A stretch of DNA of 64,000 nt from a virus (Duplodnaviria > Caudoviricetes): the IMG/VR virus record IMGVR_UViG_3300027754_000037. The stretch is one strand, 5' to 3'. Below, in pieces: positions 19,518 to 29,160 of the stretch. Under the pieces are notes generated by a model that saw only the letters and a program-made list of their open reading frames with translations, ran no database searches and was not told where the DNA came from. A program made the position numbers and the translations under genes. Numbering within the stretch: the stretch's first letter is position 1; each line of letters starts with the position of its first letter.

Positions 19518-20171
19518 ATGGAATTACTTCATAGATTTATTCAAAACGCAAATAAAATAATTACTAAACCCTACTTCGTCAAGATCGGCGCTAATGATGG
19601 CGTTGCAAACGATCCGTGTGGGCAGCTACTTCTGCAAAATGAATTTTGGAGAGGTTTGTTGATTGAGCCCGTGCCATACTGCGTTGAAAAACTTTCCGCT
19701 GTTTATCACGATAAGAGCAGATTCGCTATACAGGCCAAGGCTGTGTCGGATTTTGCGGGTAAAAAGAGATTTTATTATGTTGACAAGGATGCCAATCTGT
19801 CACAGGATTTACCAGATTGGTATGACCAACTAGGTTCATTTGATAAACAACATATTATAAAGCATTTAAACGGCATATTAGAGCCTTTTATCAAGGAAGT
19901 CGATATCGATTGTGACACTTTGTCTGAAATATTGCGTATCAACGATGTATCAAAGGTTTCGTTGTTGCACATCGACACCGAGGGACACGATCTTAAAGTT
20001 TTACAAAGTTTAAATTTTGATCAAGTGCTTCCATCATGTATTTTGATCGAACACAGACACCTTTCAGAATCTGATAAAGATGATTTGGTGGCTCTTCTAA
20101 ATTATTGGGATTACAAAATCAAATCCTACGAAGAGGATTTTCTTGCATTTCGTTCCAAATTGATTATTTAA
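19518..20171 (+). CDS. FkbM-family methyltransferase
   Basis: VKIGANDG, LIEPVP, LLHIDTEGHDLKVL. Confidence 0.88.
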   Translation: MELLHRFIQNANKIITKPYFVKIGANDGVANDPCGQLLLQNEFWRGLLIEPVPYCVEKLSAVYHDKSRFAIQAKAVSDFAGKKRFYYVDKDANLSQDLPDWYDQLGSFDKQHIIKHLNGILEPFIKEVDIDCDTLSEILRINDVSKVSLLHIDTEGHDLKVLQSLNFDQVLPSCILIEHRHLSESDKDDLVALLNYWDYKIKSYEEDFLAFRSKLII

Positions 20172-21456
20172 CTTTGTTCCAATTCTTTCTCATGTAATCA
20201 GTAATTCCACTTGGTCTTCCAATTACCTGTCCTGTTTCTGGATCAACTTTTGAAAACAAATTGCGAGCAGACTTAATATAAGAATTTCCATCTTGGCTGT
20301 TGTATATTGTTTGTCCGCTGGGACCATTTGTTGTTACAAACTTGCCGAACTTATCATTATAAGCGTAATCTCCAGAAATTCCAGAAGGAGTCGTATATTG
20401 GGCTGTTGTGCCTTCTCCACCAGTAAGTGCTGAATTATCGACTTTACCGCTGGAGAATCCCTTTGCTTGTGAAGTCTCTTGATTGCCAAGATATTCTCCA
20501 GCATTACTGCCAGTAACGCTGTCATCTCCTAAAGTTGCTGAATTATCAACTTTACCGCTGGAGAATCCCTTTACTTGCGATGATGGTCTATTCCCTCTCG
20601 TTTGTTCAGGCTCTGGTTTTGGTTGTTCCTTGGCAGGCTGTGATGCTTGAGTGCTTGGCGTAAATGCTTGTTGAAGTTTCGATGCACCATATACGCCAGT
20701 TGCTGCTCCAGCAGCACCGGCTGCTGCATTCAAGACTGCTGCTTTTTTAGGATTTTGGGTGGCCCACACCTGTAGTGAGTCCATACTTTTTGCTATTGAC
20801 CGTCTTAATCCTTGGTCTTGATTCAGTATTGGAACTTTTTCAATCACCTTGCCAAGCCATTTTAGTCCGGGTATGCCCTTAAGCGTGCCTGATAACCCAC
20901 CGCCTTGTTTTAAAGACTTATCCAGAACTCCATTACGATATTTGTCTAGTTGATTGGCGATTTTGCCAGTATTGTCTAGAGAATTTTTGATTTTTGCAAC
21001 GATATTTAAATATTTTGAAGCTGCTGGATCGGCAGATAATTTTGTTTTATGTTCTTCGTCAGAAATTTTTTCAGAGGGGCTTTTTGAGATCAATGCTATC
21101 AACTTATCAATCGCTTGTTGAGCCTGTTTATGTACAGGCTCCATAGGCTCTACCCGTGCGCCTTGAAATAACTTGCCCATAACACCAGATGCAGCTTTAC
21201 CGGCTAGACCTCCAGCAACACCTCCTGCGATTGTACCCACAGGACCTAATGCCGATCCTAATGTGGCACCCGCTGCTGCTGCGCCCATCTCTGTGCTAGT
21301 TTTGGCTGGGTTGTAATTCCAACCCTCTTCATTGATGATATCAAAAACTTGATTTAATGCTGCCACATCAACATTTGATTCGATTAAATGATTTGCCAAT
21401 TCTTGTCGAACTGATTTGTAATCTTGTGACAAGGCATATTCGTTGAAATTTCGCAT
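20164..21456 (-). CDS. Putative internal head/ejected virion protein with glycine zippers
   Basis: MRNFNEY N-terminus, TAAATA 5 nt upstream, GxxxG zippers, internal GFSSGKVDNSA duplication. Confidence 0.65.
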   Translation of the reverse strand: MRNFNEYALSQDYKSVRQELANHLIESNVDVAALNQVFDIINEEGWNYNPAKTSTEMGAAAAGATLGSALGPVGTIAGGVAGGLAGKAASGVMGKLFQGARVEPMEPVHKQAQQAIDKLIALISKSPSEKISDEEHKTKLSADPAASKYLNIVAKIKNSLDNTGKIANQLDKYRNGVLDKSLKQGGGLSGTLKGIPGLKWLGKVIEKVPILNQDQGLRRSIAKSMDSLQVWATQNPKKAAVLNAAAGAAGAATGVYGASKLQQAFTPSTQASQPAKEQPKPEPEQTRGNRPSSQVKGFSSGKVDNSATLGDDSVTGSNAGEYLGNQETSQAKGFSSGKVDNSALTGGEGTTAQYTTPSGISGDYAYNDKFGKFVTTNGPSGQTIYNSQDGNSYIKSARNLFSKVDPETGQVIGRPSGITDYMRKNWNKVK

Positions 21457-21557
21457 GACATATTTATTACTTTAATTGTGTTTTCTTTGTCGCTCATTTC
21501 GCATCCACTTAAAATTCAAATTAGCCATTGTACTTATAAAATTCACAAAATTTTCTT

Positions 21558-21746
21558 TCATTGATTACTTCTCCAATCAGATGACCAAGACCAAGACATA
21601 GACCAATACATAGACCTAGGCCAAGACAAAGATAAAGATAAAGACCCAGACCAAAACCTAGACCCAGACCTAGACCAGCATTCTGATTTTGAAGTATTAA
21701 ATCCAAAGCAATTGTTGTAGCTAAAGCTATTTGTTTTAAGGTTCAT
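21558..21746 (-). CDS. Ser/Trp-rich micro-ORF family, unit A5
   Basis: MNLKTNSFSYNNCFGF..KSECWS...DWRSNQ; ATGA-coupled. Confidence 0.65.
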   Translation of the reverse strand: MNLKTNSFSYNNCFGFNTSKSECWSRSGSRFWSGSLSLSLSWPRSMYWSMSWSWSSDWRSNQ

Positions 21747-21988
21747 TGACTAGTGCTCCAATGTTTAGAACAAGCCCCAGACCCAGCCCCAGACCCAGAC
21801 CAAAACATAGAACTAGACCAAAAATTAGACAAAGACCTAGGACTAGACCAATGCCAAGACATATGCCTAGAACTAGACCTATACCTACACAAAAACCAAC
21901 ACATAGATCTAGAAGACCAGCATAGAGATTTTGTATTATTAAATCCAAAACAATAATTATTAGTATTACCAATTGATTTAAGGATCAT
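21743..21988 (-). CDS. Ser/Trp-rich micro-ORF family, unit A4
   Basis: MILKSIGNTNNYCFGF..KSLCWS...KHWSTSQ; ATGA-coupled. Confidence 0.65.
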   Translation of the reverse strand: MILKSIGNTNNYCFGFNNTKSLCWSSRSMCWFLCRYRSSSRHMSWHWSSPRSLSNFWSSSMFWSGSGAGSGACSKHWSTSQ

Positions 21989-22167
21989 TGATTACTGCTC
22001 CAATTAGTTGACCAAGACTCATGCTTAGACCAAGACATAGACCAAAAATACCAAGTCCAAGACCAAGACCTAGGCCAAGAATCAGACCTAGAAATAGAAA
22101 AGCAATTTGATTTTGAATTATCAAGTCCAAAACATTTGTTGTTGCTAAAGGAATTTGCTTTAAACAT
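21985..22167 (-). CDS. Ser/Trp-rich micro-ORF family, unit A3
   Basis: MFKANSFSNNKCFGL..KSNCFS...NWSSNQ; TAATG-coupled. Confidence 0.65.
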   Translation of the reverse strand: MFKANSFSNNKCFGLDNSKSNCFSISRSDSWPRSWSWTWYFWSMSWSKHESWSTNWSSNQ

Positions 22168-22271
22168 TATTGTCCTGTACTCCAAGATCTAGACCTAGAC
22201 CAGCATTTTGATTTTGAATATTTAAATCCAAAGCAATTGTTGTCGCTAAAGCTATTTGTTTTAAGGATCAT
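22167..22271 (-). CDS. Ser/Trp-rich micro-ORF family, short unit A2 (34 aa)
   Basis: MILKTNSFSDNNCFGFKYSKSKCWSRSRSWSTGQ read from sequence. Confidence 0.55.
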   Translation of the reverse strand: MILKTNSFSDNNCFGFKYSKSKCWSRSRSWSTGQ

Positions 22272-22412
22272 ATATTTTTAATCCAATGAGCTGAACAAAA
22301 CCAAGACCAATGCCAAGACATAGACCAATGCCAAGACATAGACCAGCATTTTTATTTTGGATTATTAAAACCAAAACATTTGTTGTCTAAGGCTATTTGT
22401 TTTAAGGATCAT
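22268..22412 (-). pseudogene. Degenerate Ser/Trp-rich unit A1
   Basis: Starts MILKTNS, then frameshifts in the SNN codons and has TAA at the conserved Ser of KS; family tail HW...NI still visible. Confidence 0.6.
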
Positions 22413-22416
22413 CGGT

Positions 22417-23409
22417 TTATGTCAAACCATACATCTCATTCAAAATTTTTACACTCCAAGAAGACTTTCCTAGAGCTATTGATTTACATGGTGCTATAGG
22501 TCGCAAAACCAAACCTTCTGCTGGTTTTCCATTTTGATATTTTTGGGTTTTAGCCATATCAATAAGATCCTGTATGCTGTGTTTTTGAACTCCTCTGTAA
22601 ACTAATGGTGCAATAGGAATAGCATTCGTATTGCAAAATACTAATAGTTCATCATAATTAGAAAACCTATTTTCAGATATAAAATATAAATTGAAAACAG
22701 CAAGCTCTACATCTTTAATTCCAGTTGGATTGTCTTGTATTCCTTGTCCGTAAACCTCTCCTTGAATGCAAATGTCTTTGCCAAAAGATGATAGTTTTTC
22801 ATCAATTTTATATTTTCTGACAATATTCCAGAAAGCATTATTGCCATCTTGTAGCTCAAGATTTCGACTACATGAACCAAACACCCCATCTTTAACGAAA
22901 AATGTACCACTACTTCCATCTATTTTCTGAGTAATGTAAACCTCTTTATCTGCAACTTCTATAATAGAAGCAGGATAATTCCTAAGATTATCCTCATCAG
23001 TTTTAATAAGAAAATTAGGAAAATTTCCTTTAGCATTCCCAGCAAGTTGAAGAGGAACAGGCTTTTCATAATGCCTAGCTTTAATAATATTGCTTACATC
23101 TGTTCCTTCTTCTATTGTTGTGTTGAAATTAGGGAATTGTTCCAATATTTTTATTGGAAAACAAATTCCTTGACTAATTTGTCCTCGAAGTCGAATCGGT
23201 TTGATGCGATAATTCTTAGATGCTAAGAAATCAAAAGAGGGATGTGGATCTACAATGCTATCTATGTTTATGTAAACAACAAGGTCTTCAGGTTTAAATT
23301 CTTCTTTTTTACAAACCACTTGCCAGCCTAATACGGTTACAAGTTCTAATGCTGTTGCATTAGGATGTTCATCAATAGATATAATTTTTTCTATTGTTGC
23401 AATTTTCAA
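22417..23409 (-). CDS. RNA ligase (DRB0094/Rnl2-like family)
   Basis: HPNA..LE...VLGWQVV, LRGQISQG, KTDE, motif I TQKIDGSS, QGEVYG, EGLVLR. Confidence 0.92.
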   Translation of the reverse strand: MKIATIEKIISIDEHPNATALELVTVLGWQVVCKKEEFKPEDLVVYINIDSIVDPHPSFDFLASKNYRIKPIRLRGQISQGICFPIKILEQFPNFNTTIEEGTDVSNIIKARHYEKPVPLQLAGNAKGNFPNFLIKTDEDNLRNYPASIIEVADKEVYITQKIDGSSGTFFVKDGVFGSCSRNLELQDGNNAFWNIVRKYKIDEKLSSFGKDICIQGEVYGQGIQDNPTGIKDVELAVFNLYFISENRFSNYDELLVFCNTNAIPIAPLVYRGVQKHSIQDLIDMAKTQKYQNGKPAEGLVLRPIAPCKSIALGKSSWSVKILNEMYGLT

Positions 23410-23439
23410 ACTAAGTTCTCCGAATGTTTTAACACAACA

Positions 23440-23730
23440 CTATGCAACTGTCCCATCCGGTAAATATTCGACATAAAATTTGAATTTGATTCCTTTTTGC
23501 AAGGACAGTATTTCGCTCCATTGACCGGTTGCGTCTTGGTAAATAACTCGTTTATTGCCATATTCTGAGTAGATTTCCGCAAAAACATTTTCTGCATCAT
23601 TTGTCAAAGTTCTTGAACCCGTGTCTAGGTCGATCAGAAAGACACGGTCTTCATCTACTGCAACAACTTTGTAATCAGCTTTGCACATTTTTTTGGCCTC
23701 GGCCCATCTAAGCAGCGATTCAATGGACAT
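23440..23730 (-). CDS. Conserved hypothetical phage protein
   Basis: DL..G...TNDAE.V...YG.KR.IY.D..G.W pattern. Confidence 0.7.
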   Translation of the reverse strand: MSIESLLRWAEAKKMCKADYKVVAVDEDRVFLIDLDTGSRTLTNDAENVFAEIYSEYGNKRVIYQDATGQWSEILSLQKGIKFKFYVEYLPDGTVA

Positions 23731-23733
23731 ATA

Positions 23734-24099
23734 TTAACTCCACCACTTGTGGTTTTCAACGACTTTTTCCAAACCGTCATAGTCCTGAATGTGCCACCCT
23801 TCGGTTGAATCGAATGGTATTTTTATGATTTTGGGATCGGACAAGCTGTTTTTGGCCTTGTCTCCCAACTCTCGCACCACCGAGATCACAACAGGGCTAG
23901 TACGAATCTTGATTTCGTTCAAGATCCTAAACTTCTTGGAAAACATGTCAGGGTCCAATAAGGCGAAGTCCGCCTGTGGATCAAGGGGCTTGAAGTTTTG
24001 GTCAAATGTTGTGCAACTTAGTCCCAATTCACAACAGCGTTCGATTGCTGCGTCTGAAATTCCAAAGCCCCCATAACATGCGTTAATTATCACTTCCAT
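23734..24099 (-). CDS. Conserved hypothetical phage protein
   Basis: VIINACYGGFG.S...ELG.KA...KI..IP....W.I.DYDG.E pattern. Confidence 0.8.
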   Translation of the reverse strand: MEVIINACYGGFGISDAAIERCCELGLSCTTFDQNFKPLDPQADFALLDPDMFSKKFRILNEIKIRTSPVVISVVRELGDKAKNSLSDPKIIKIPFDSTEGWHIQDYDGLEKVVENHKWWS

Positions 24100-24324
24100 T
24101 TTTTGATCTCTTTATTTCCTTGGAAAATGACTTTACACCCATGAAATCATCTCTTGTGATTTCTTGCCATTCGCCGTTATGTTTTATCTTTATCGTGACC
24201 TTATTCTCTTTAATTAATTCGACAATTTGAACATCAATGTAGTTAAACATGGTAATCCCTCACGGTATTTGCTCAACACCTTGTTGGCGATTTGATATTA
24301 ACATGTTTTTGATTTATGTAAACA

Positions 24325-24810
24325 TCAAAGAGCATAAACTGTGACGGGAATTTCAGACCATAGTCGCACAATCATGCTTTCAATAATCGTCCAATTGCCA
24401 CCAGCCAATCCAGAACCAAACTTAGGACAGGCTATCTGCACTTTTTTGCCAGATTGGATAAGTTCAATTGCTTTCTCTCGAACTTTATTCATGCAGGTTT
24501 GCAATTCAATATATTGCAAACATATTGTTGCTTGATAAGCCAAAGTGGAATTATTTATGCCATTTTGGGCGTACATATTGCAAATTATGATGGGTAGATT
24601 TCCATCCTGTACGAACTGGACAACACCAAGCTTGTCGTCTTTTTTTTGAAAAAATGCTGCCACAGCTTCTGGGAATCTTTTGCCTAAAGGAACTACAAAT
24701 CCTGCGCCCCATTTGTGGACATTGTTGCAAACATGAGGTAAAAGCAAAACCTTTGGACCCTTGATAAGCGATTCAATATCAGCAAATAGGTCGCCAGTTT
24801 TGTATATCAT
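24325..24810 (-). CDS. Macrodomain (ADP-ribose processing, Poa1p/DarG-like)
   Basis: GDLF, HVCNN...WGAGFVV, NMYAQ, PKFGSGLAGGNW. Confidence 0.88.
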   Translation of the reverse strand: MIYKTGDLFADIESLIKGPKVLLLPHVCNNVHKWGAGFVVPLGKRFPEAVAAFFQKKDDKLGVVQFVQDGNLPIIICNMYAQNGINNSTLAYQATICLQYIELQTCMNKVREKAIELIQSGKKVQIACPKFGSGLAGGNWTIIESMIVRLWSEIPVTVYAL

Positions 24811-25068
24811 TTATTTAAGATCCATTGATGGAGACCAGTCATCATAAATACTCCTTAATCTCGGCGCTCTCTTATGGATTTCCAACACCTTTTTTATAGG
24901 CCCCGTGTAATTACTTTCAAAACCCGTGATTTTTCCAACCCAAGTCTTGAAGTTTTTGGCGCTTGGCAAAACAACAAGATCACCAATGACAACTTCAAAA
25001 TCGCACTCATAAGAATATTTTTCATCAATAACTACTTTCATTCCACACTTCCGGCAAATATCTGTCAA
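24811..25068 (-). CDS. Hypothetical protein (SH3-like pattern)
   Basis: Directly abuts macrodomain start; IGDLVVLP...WVGKI. Confidence 0.55.
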   Translation of the reverse strand: MTDICRKCGMKVVIDEKYSYECDFEVVIGDLVVLPSAKNFKTWVGKITGFESNYTGPIKKVLEIHKRAPRLRSIYDDWSPSMDLK

Positions 25069-25591
25069 TGAAATGTTGGATGTTCGGAGAGCTTAAAAGT
25101 GGCACAGCCTGTCTGATCTTTTCAACTTCCCAATCCCACCATTTAATTTTCAGCATGGCATCGATCTGTTCGTCAGAGAATCTTTTTCTGATGATTTTTG
25201 CAGGATTTCCACCAACAATCGTGTAGGGTGGTACATCTTTCACAACATGAGAATTTGCTCCGATAACGGCCCCGTCACCCACGGTCACTCCACTCATGAA
25301 CATTGCGTGATTACCTACAAACACATCGTTTCCAATTGTCACATTCCCACGATTGAGTGGCATGCCTTTGGGATCGTGTGGGAAAATATCCTTGTTTTCA
25401 AATCCAAAAGGATATGTTGATATCCATGATGTGTCATGATCACCAAAAATCGCACCTATACACCACCCAAGACTGCAAAATTTTCCAGTAATAAAAATAT
25501 CATCGCAACCACCGGTCGTCCAAATTGTGAGATGATCAGTTCCGTAAGAATATTCTCCGAACTGCGTGATTGTTTTGATGTCAACAGGCAT
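25025..25591 (-). CDS. CatB/Vat-like hexapeptide O-acetyltransferase, paralogue 1
   Basis: GKFCS, ISTYPF, GNDVFVG, GVTVGDGAVIGA, GGNPAK.IRKRF, WWDW. Confidence 0.92.
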   Translation of the reverse strand: MPVDIKTITQFGEYSYGTDHLTIWTTGGCDDIFITGKFCSLGWCIGAIFGDHDTSWISTYPFGFENKDIFPHDPKGMPLNRGNVTIGNDVFVGNHAMFMSGVTVGDGAVIGANSHVVKDVPPYTIVGGNPAKIIRKRFSDEQIDAMLKIKWWDWEVEKIRQAVPLLSSPNIQHFIDRYLPEVWNESSY

Positions 25592-25605
25592 TTTTGACTC
25601 CAATT

Positions 25606-25860
25606 TTAAATATCAGAGTGCCTATGATGGGAAATTATTTTATCCAATTCAAAAAGTCTTTCTAAGTCATTTTCGACCGCATCAACTTCGTGCCATGCTG
25701 CGGTCAATTTCTGACGAATGGAGTCATTTTGATCGGCACTTGTTTCCATTTCAGCAAGTACCAAACAAATGTTTTTCATCAACGATTCAGAGTAATTATC
25801 ACACAACTGATCACCCCGCATATGAAGCCTGCCAAAAAAATTTGCGTGATTGTTTTCCAT
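25606..25860 (-). CDS. Hypothetical protein
   Basis: 84 aa helical ORF ending 15 nt before the likely next start. Confidence 0.5.
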   Translation of the reverse strand: MENNHANFFGRLHMRGDQLCDNYSESLMKNICLVLAEMETSADQNDSIRQKLTAAWHEVDAVENDLERLFELDKIISHHRHSDI

Positions 25861-25933
25861 TTCATTAAAATAACTCCAAAACTAATTTAAAATAAATCTC
25901 TCTGAATTGCAAGAAGAAATCAAGAAGGACAAA

Positions 25934-26458
25934 ATGGCCATAGAGACCAAGTATTCTTATAACATTGAAAACATTCAGTTATTTTCCGACCCTGAATCCA
26001 CCAGTTGGATTCACATCGGCAAATTTTGCTCAATCGGCCCAAATATAAAGGCTTATGTTTCTGGACACAACATGCAAATGATTTCTACATATCCATTTTT
26101 AAGGCACAAAGAGGAATTTCCCAAAGGCAGGCACAATAACGCATCCAAAGGCGATATTGTAATTGGAAATGATGTGTGGATCGGTGCCAGATCAATACTC
26201 TTGAATGGTGTCAAAATTGGAGATGGAGCTATTATTGGCGCAGGCTCGGTGGTTTGCAAAGACATTGCACCCTACACCGTGGCAGCGGGCAATCCCTGTA
26301 AGCCAATTCGCAAAAGATATTCAGATGAACAGATTGATGCCCTGCTGAAAATACAATGGTGGACTTGGGATCATCCAAAGATTAACGAAGCCCTGCCATT
26401 GCTTCAGAGCAACGATGTGCAGGGCTTCATAGACAAATATTTGCCAAAATTAGGATAA
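25934..26458 (+). CDS. CatB/Vat-like hexapeptide O-acetyltransferase, paralogue 2
   Basis: IGKFCSIG, ISTYPF, IGNDVWIG, GVKIGDGAIIGAGS, AGNPCK.IRKRY, WWTW. Confidence 0.92.
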   Translation: MAIETKYSYNIENIQLFSDPESTSWIHIGKFCSIGPNIKAYVSGHNMQMISTYPFLRHKEEFPKGRHNNASKGDIVIGNDVWIGARSILLNGVKIGDGAIIGAGSVVCKDIAPYTVAAGNPCKPIRKRYSDEQIDALLKIQWWTWDHPKINEALPLLQSNDVQGFIDKYLPKLG

Positions 26459-26469
26459 GTCGGCAATGT

Positions 26470-26751
26470 TCACTCTCCCACTAATTCCAAATCTTTGATC
26501 CATACAATCTCGCCAGCATCGTTTATGCGCACAAGCTCGAATTCCGGCTCTTGTAGACCTGCTTTCAGATATTCCTGTGCCAGTTTTTCGTGACTGATTT
26601 TGGCATTGTTGATGCTGTCGAAATATAGAACTAAGTCAGAGTATTCTTTTACTGTGATGTCTACAAAGTCCTCACTTACGATATACCTGCTATTTTTGAA
26701 ACGCAGACACAATATCTCATGGAAGGCGGGTGGTTTTATTACAGCGTTCAT
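26470..26751 (-). CDS. Hypothetical protein
   Basis: 93 aa ORF with GGAG RBS; weak similarity in style to 31000 ORF. Confidence 0.55.
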   Translation of the reverse strand: MNAVIKPPAFHEILCLRFKNSRYIVSEDFVDITVKEYSDLVLYFDSINNAKISHEKLAQEYLKAGLQEPEFELVRINDAGEIVWIKDLELVGE

Positions 26752-26840
26752 GCAATTCTCCTTGTTTACAAACTTAACACGGAATGCTAAAACCGTTCCT
26801 AAAAATCTACCTAAATCTACTCATGAGTCATAAATAATAT

Positions 26841-27272
26841 ATGAACTTCAAAATATGGCTGGAAAATCAAGAACCACTAAAAACACTACAAGAATTAAAC
26901 AACCTTGTACCAGAAATCATTCGAGCAGCACAACAAGCTTATAACTCTTGGGCACAAAATGATGACGGAATAGATGACGAATTGGGAGTAGGAGGTATCT
27001 GTCAAGACATAGCTAGCGAAATATGCGGGGTTATCAGCAATCATGGATTTGATTGCACCACAGTATCACAGGAAATAGGAGAACAACATGTTTATACAGT
27101 TGTCAAACTGGAAGAAGGCGTATATGAAATAGATATACCGCCCAGCGTCTACGAAACAGGAGGTGGATATAGCTGGAGAAAAATACACAATATAATATTC
27201 AATAAAAATCACTTGATTATTCATAAAATAGACGGCGATCCAGAAAGCTTTGATAACTACACCGGATACTAA
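26841..27272 (+). CDS. Putative internal head protein
   Basis: MNFKIWLE N-terminus, TAAATA at 26831; GGIC..IA...H.Y motif. Confidence 0.7.
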   Translation: MNFKIWLENQEPLKTLQELNNLVPEIIRAAQQAYNSWAQNDDGIDDELGVGGICQDIASEICGVISNHGFDCTTVSQEIGEQHVYTVVKLEEGVYEIDIPPSVYETGGGYSWRKIHNIIFNKNHLIIHKIDGDPESFDNYTGY

Positions 27273-27273
27273 T

Positions 27274-27906
27274 CTAATTTGGACGAAAAGCTTTAGGCAA
27301 AATTAATTTCTTTCCGAAAATATATGGGACAGTTGTTGTAGCAACAATAAGTTCCATATCTGGAAGCTTTATTCCAGCTTCAGCCCACTTCTCTTCCAGC
27401 TTATCGTACACTTCAATGGCTTGTTCGATATTATTGTATTCGAGTTCAAAATTGCCGATTTCTTCGTCCTTGTGCCACTCATTGCTCATCATGTCTCTGG
27501 CTTCCGCAAATCTACCACCCACAAACCGAAGCTTGAAACAATAATTGTCAATATAATTGCAATTCATATACTCCCAATCAATCTGATGCCAAAGTAGATC
27601 TTTCTTGTTGGTCTGTTGTTGCAACGACATCCTCACAGCGGCGACCAAATGACTGCCCTTAAACCAGACGCATTGAAGATATCCCCACGACCGGAATAAT
27701 GCTTCAATTATTCCTTGTGGGCTTTCTGTAAGGTTGTCGAGTTGCTTTACATTCGCATTCACTTGTAGTATACACTCGGAGTTGTGCAAAAAATTCACAT
27801 CAAAAATAGGGAGTCTTAATATGGCTTTAAATAAAGACATAGTCTTCAATGCCTTTGTTCGCAAACGGAATCTTACAGATGCTGAACTTGCTGAATACAC
27901 GGGCAT
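27274..27906 (-). CDS. Hypothetical protein (start uncertain)
   Basis: Long ORF; 5' end overlaps the divergent 27821 gene. Confidence 0.5.
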   Translation of the reverse strand: MPVYSASSASVRFRLRTKALKTMSLFKAILRLPIFDVNFLHNSECILQVNANVKQLDNLTESPQGIIEALFRSWGYLQCVWFKGSHLVAAVRMSLQQQTNKKDLLWHQIDWEYMNCNYIDNYCFKLRFVGGRFAEARDMMSNEWHKDEEIGNFELEYNNIEQAIEVYDKLEEKWAEAGIKLPDMELIVATTTVPYIFGKKLILPKAFRPN

Positions 27907-28141
27907 TCATGGCAATAGTGTTCGTCCTGTTCGTCTTAGCCTCGAAAGGCTTGGAGCTATTCGCAAAACTGAGAAAAAAAGGCAAGGCTATAGAGTTTAT
28001 GAGGTCAACAAGGATTATGACTTCACAAAAACTCAAAAAAAGCCAAGCTATTCCTCTCTGTTCACGGCTCTTTGCAAGCAGCGCAAAATGCACAGAGAGG
28101 CTATTGAAAAGATTAACAAGTTATTGAACAGGATCTCCTAG
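27821..28141 (+). CDS. Winged helix-turn-helix DNA-binding protein
   Basis: GGGAG RBS; LTDAELAEYTGIHGNSVRPVRLSLERLGAI followed by beta-wing. Confidence 0.7.
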   Translation: MALNKDIVFNAFVRKRNLTDAELAEYTGIHGNSVRPVRLSLERLGAIRKTEKKRQGYRVYEVNKDYDFTKTQKKPSYSSLFTALCKQRKMHREAIEKINKLLNRIS

Positions 28142-29140
28142 AATATTGAGCATATGCCCAATGTCCTTCAGAGCAACAGTTTTTTCACGGCCTACTGATG
28201 ACCTGTATTCTACCATGTGAGTCTCCACAAGAGCTTCTTCATGGTGAGACAGGTCATATCTTATTTGCTCACGAATTGCCAAATAATCATAGTGACCTGC
28301 CAGTCTAGGAAACTTGCGTCTGCCGTTGGGGACATCGACAGGATTACCGCTAGCTCCCTCGTCGCCGGTAATGACTGTACAACCACAAGCAGCCATTTCC
28401 CTGTGCATTTTCTCTCTGCCTCCAAAAGGCCCGAAATCGATACAAACCTTCGCTCTTAGTCCCCACATTCGCATTTCTTCGTGCGTCATATTGATCAACG
28501 GCACGAATTTTATGTCACCGCATAATTCCATGATTTTGCCAGTATGTTCAATTCCTTTGGTTGGGTTGTAGACAACTATGTCTTCTCTTTTTGCGCCATC
28601 AAGAACTGTAGGCTCATCATGAATGAATATAGGATTGGTGTAATCTCGCAGAAAAAATAATTTATTTTCAGGTATTTGACCGCTACCTGCAAGAAAGTCA
28701 TATGCACGCTGTGATGCACAGGCGTGAAAACACAACTGCAAATTGGGATGACTCAAATCGGGCCAAGCATCTTGTTCAATAGCCCAATCTTGCCAGAGGC
28801 CAACTCCCAACCAGCACATGATCTTCTTTGACTTATAAAGATTTTCACCTTCAAAATGCAGGCAACTTGGCGTATCCGGCGAGAATTGATACCAGTTTGG
28901 CCCCCAACCCGCTGGCATCATTTGAACTGTGTCGGGATCATCACGGTTTTCTTCTCTGGTTTCACGAAATCGCAGCCCGTATCTGCTTGCAAAAGGTTCC
29001 AATATGGGAAAAAGATCAGACACAGGTTCGTATATCATCGCTGCATACTTGCCTATTTCCAGAAGCATTCCACATGTTTGGTGCATCGCATCTGCGCCAC
29101 CACGGTTGTTATATGAACTATGAATCTTGAATCGCATCAA
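28121..29140 (-). CDS. GT-B-fold glycosyltransferase-like protein, paralogue 3
   Basis: KVCIDFGPFGGREKMHREMAACGC; homologous to 17113 and 18479 ORFs. Confidence 0.75.
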   Translation of the reverse strand: MMRFKIHSSYNNRGGADAMHQTCGMLLEIGKYAAMIYEPVSDLFPILEPFASRYGLRFRETREENRDDPDTVQMMPAGWGPNWYQFSPDTPSCLHFEGENLYKSKKIMCWLGVGLWQDWAIEQDAWPDLSHPNLQLCFHACASQRAYDFLAGSGQIPENKLFFLRDYTNPIFIHDEPTVLDGAKREDIVVYNPTKGIEHTGKIMELCGDIKFVPLINMTHEEMRMWGLRAKVCIDFGPFGGREKMHREMAACGCTVITGDEGASGNPVDVPNGRRKFPRLAGHYDYLAIREQIRYDLSHHEEALVETHMVEYRSSVGREKTVALKDIGHMLNILGDPVQ

Positions 29141-29160
29141 ATCACTCCTAAAATAAAACT

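Noticed and set aside
25025-26458. CatB/Vat paralogues as antibiotic-resistance genes
   Set aside because: The hexapeptide acetyltransferase fold is shared with sugar O-acetyltransferases, and the glycan-gene context makes that role more plausible.
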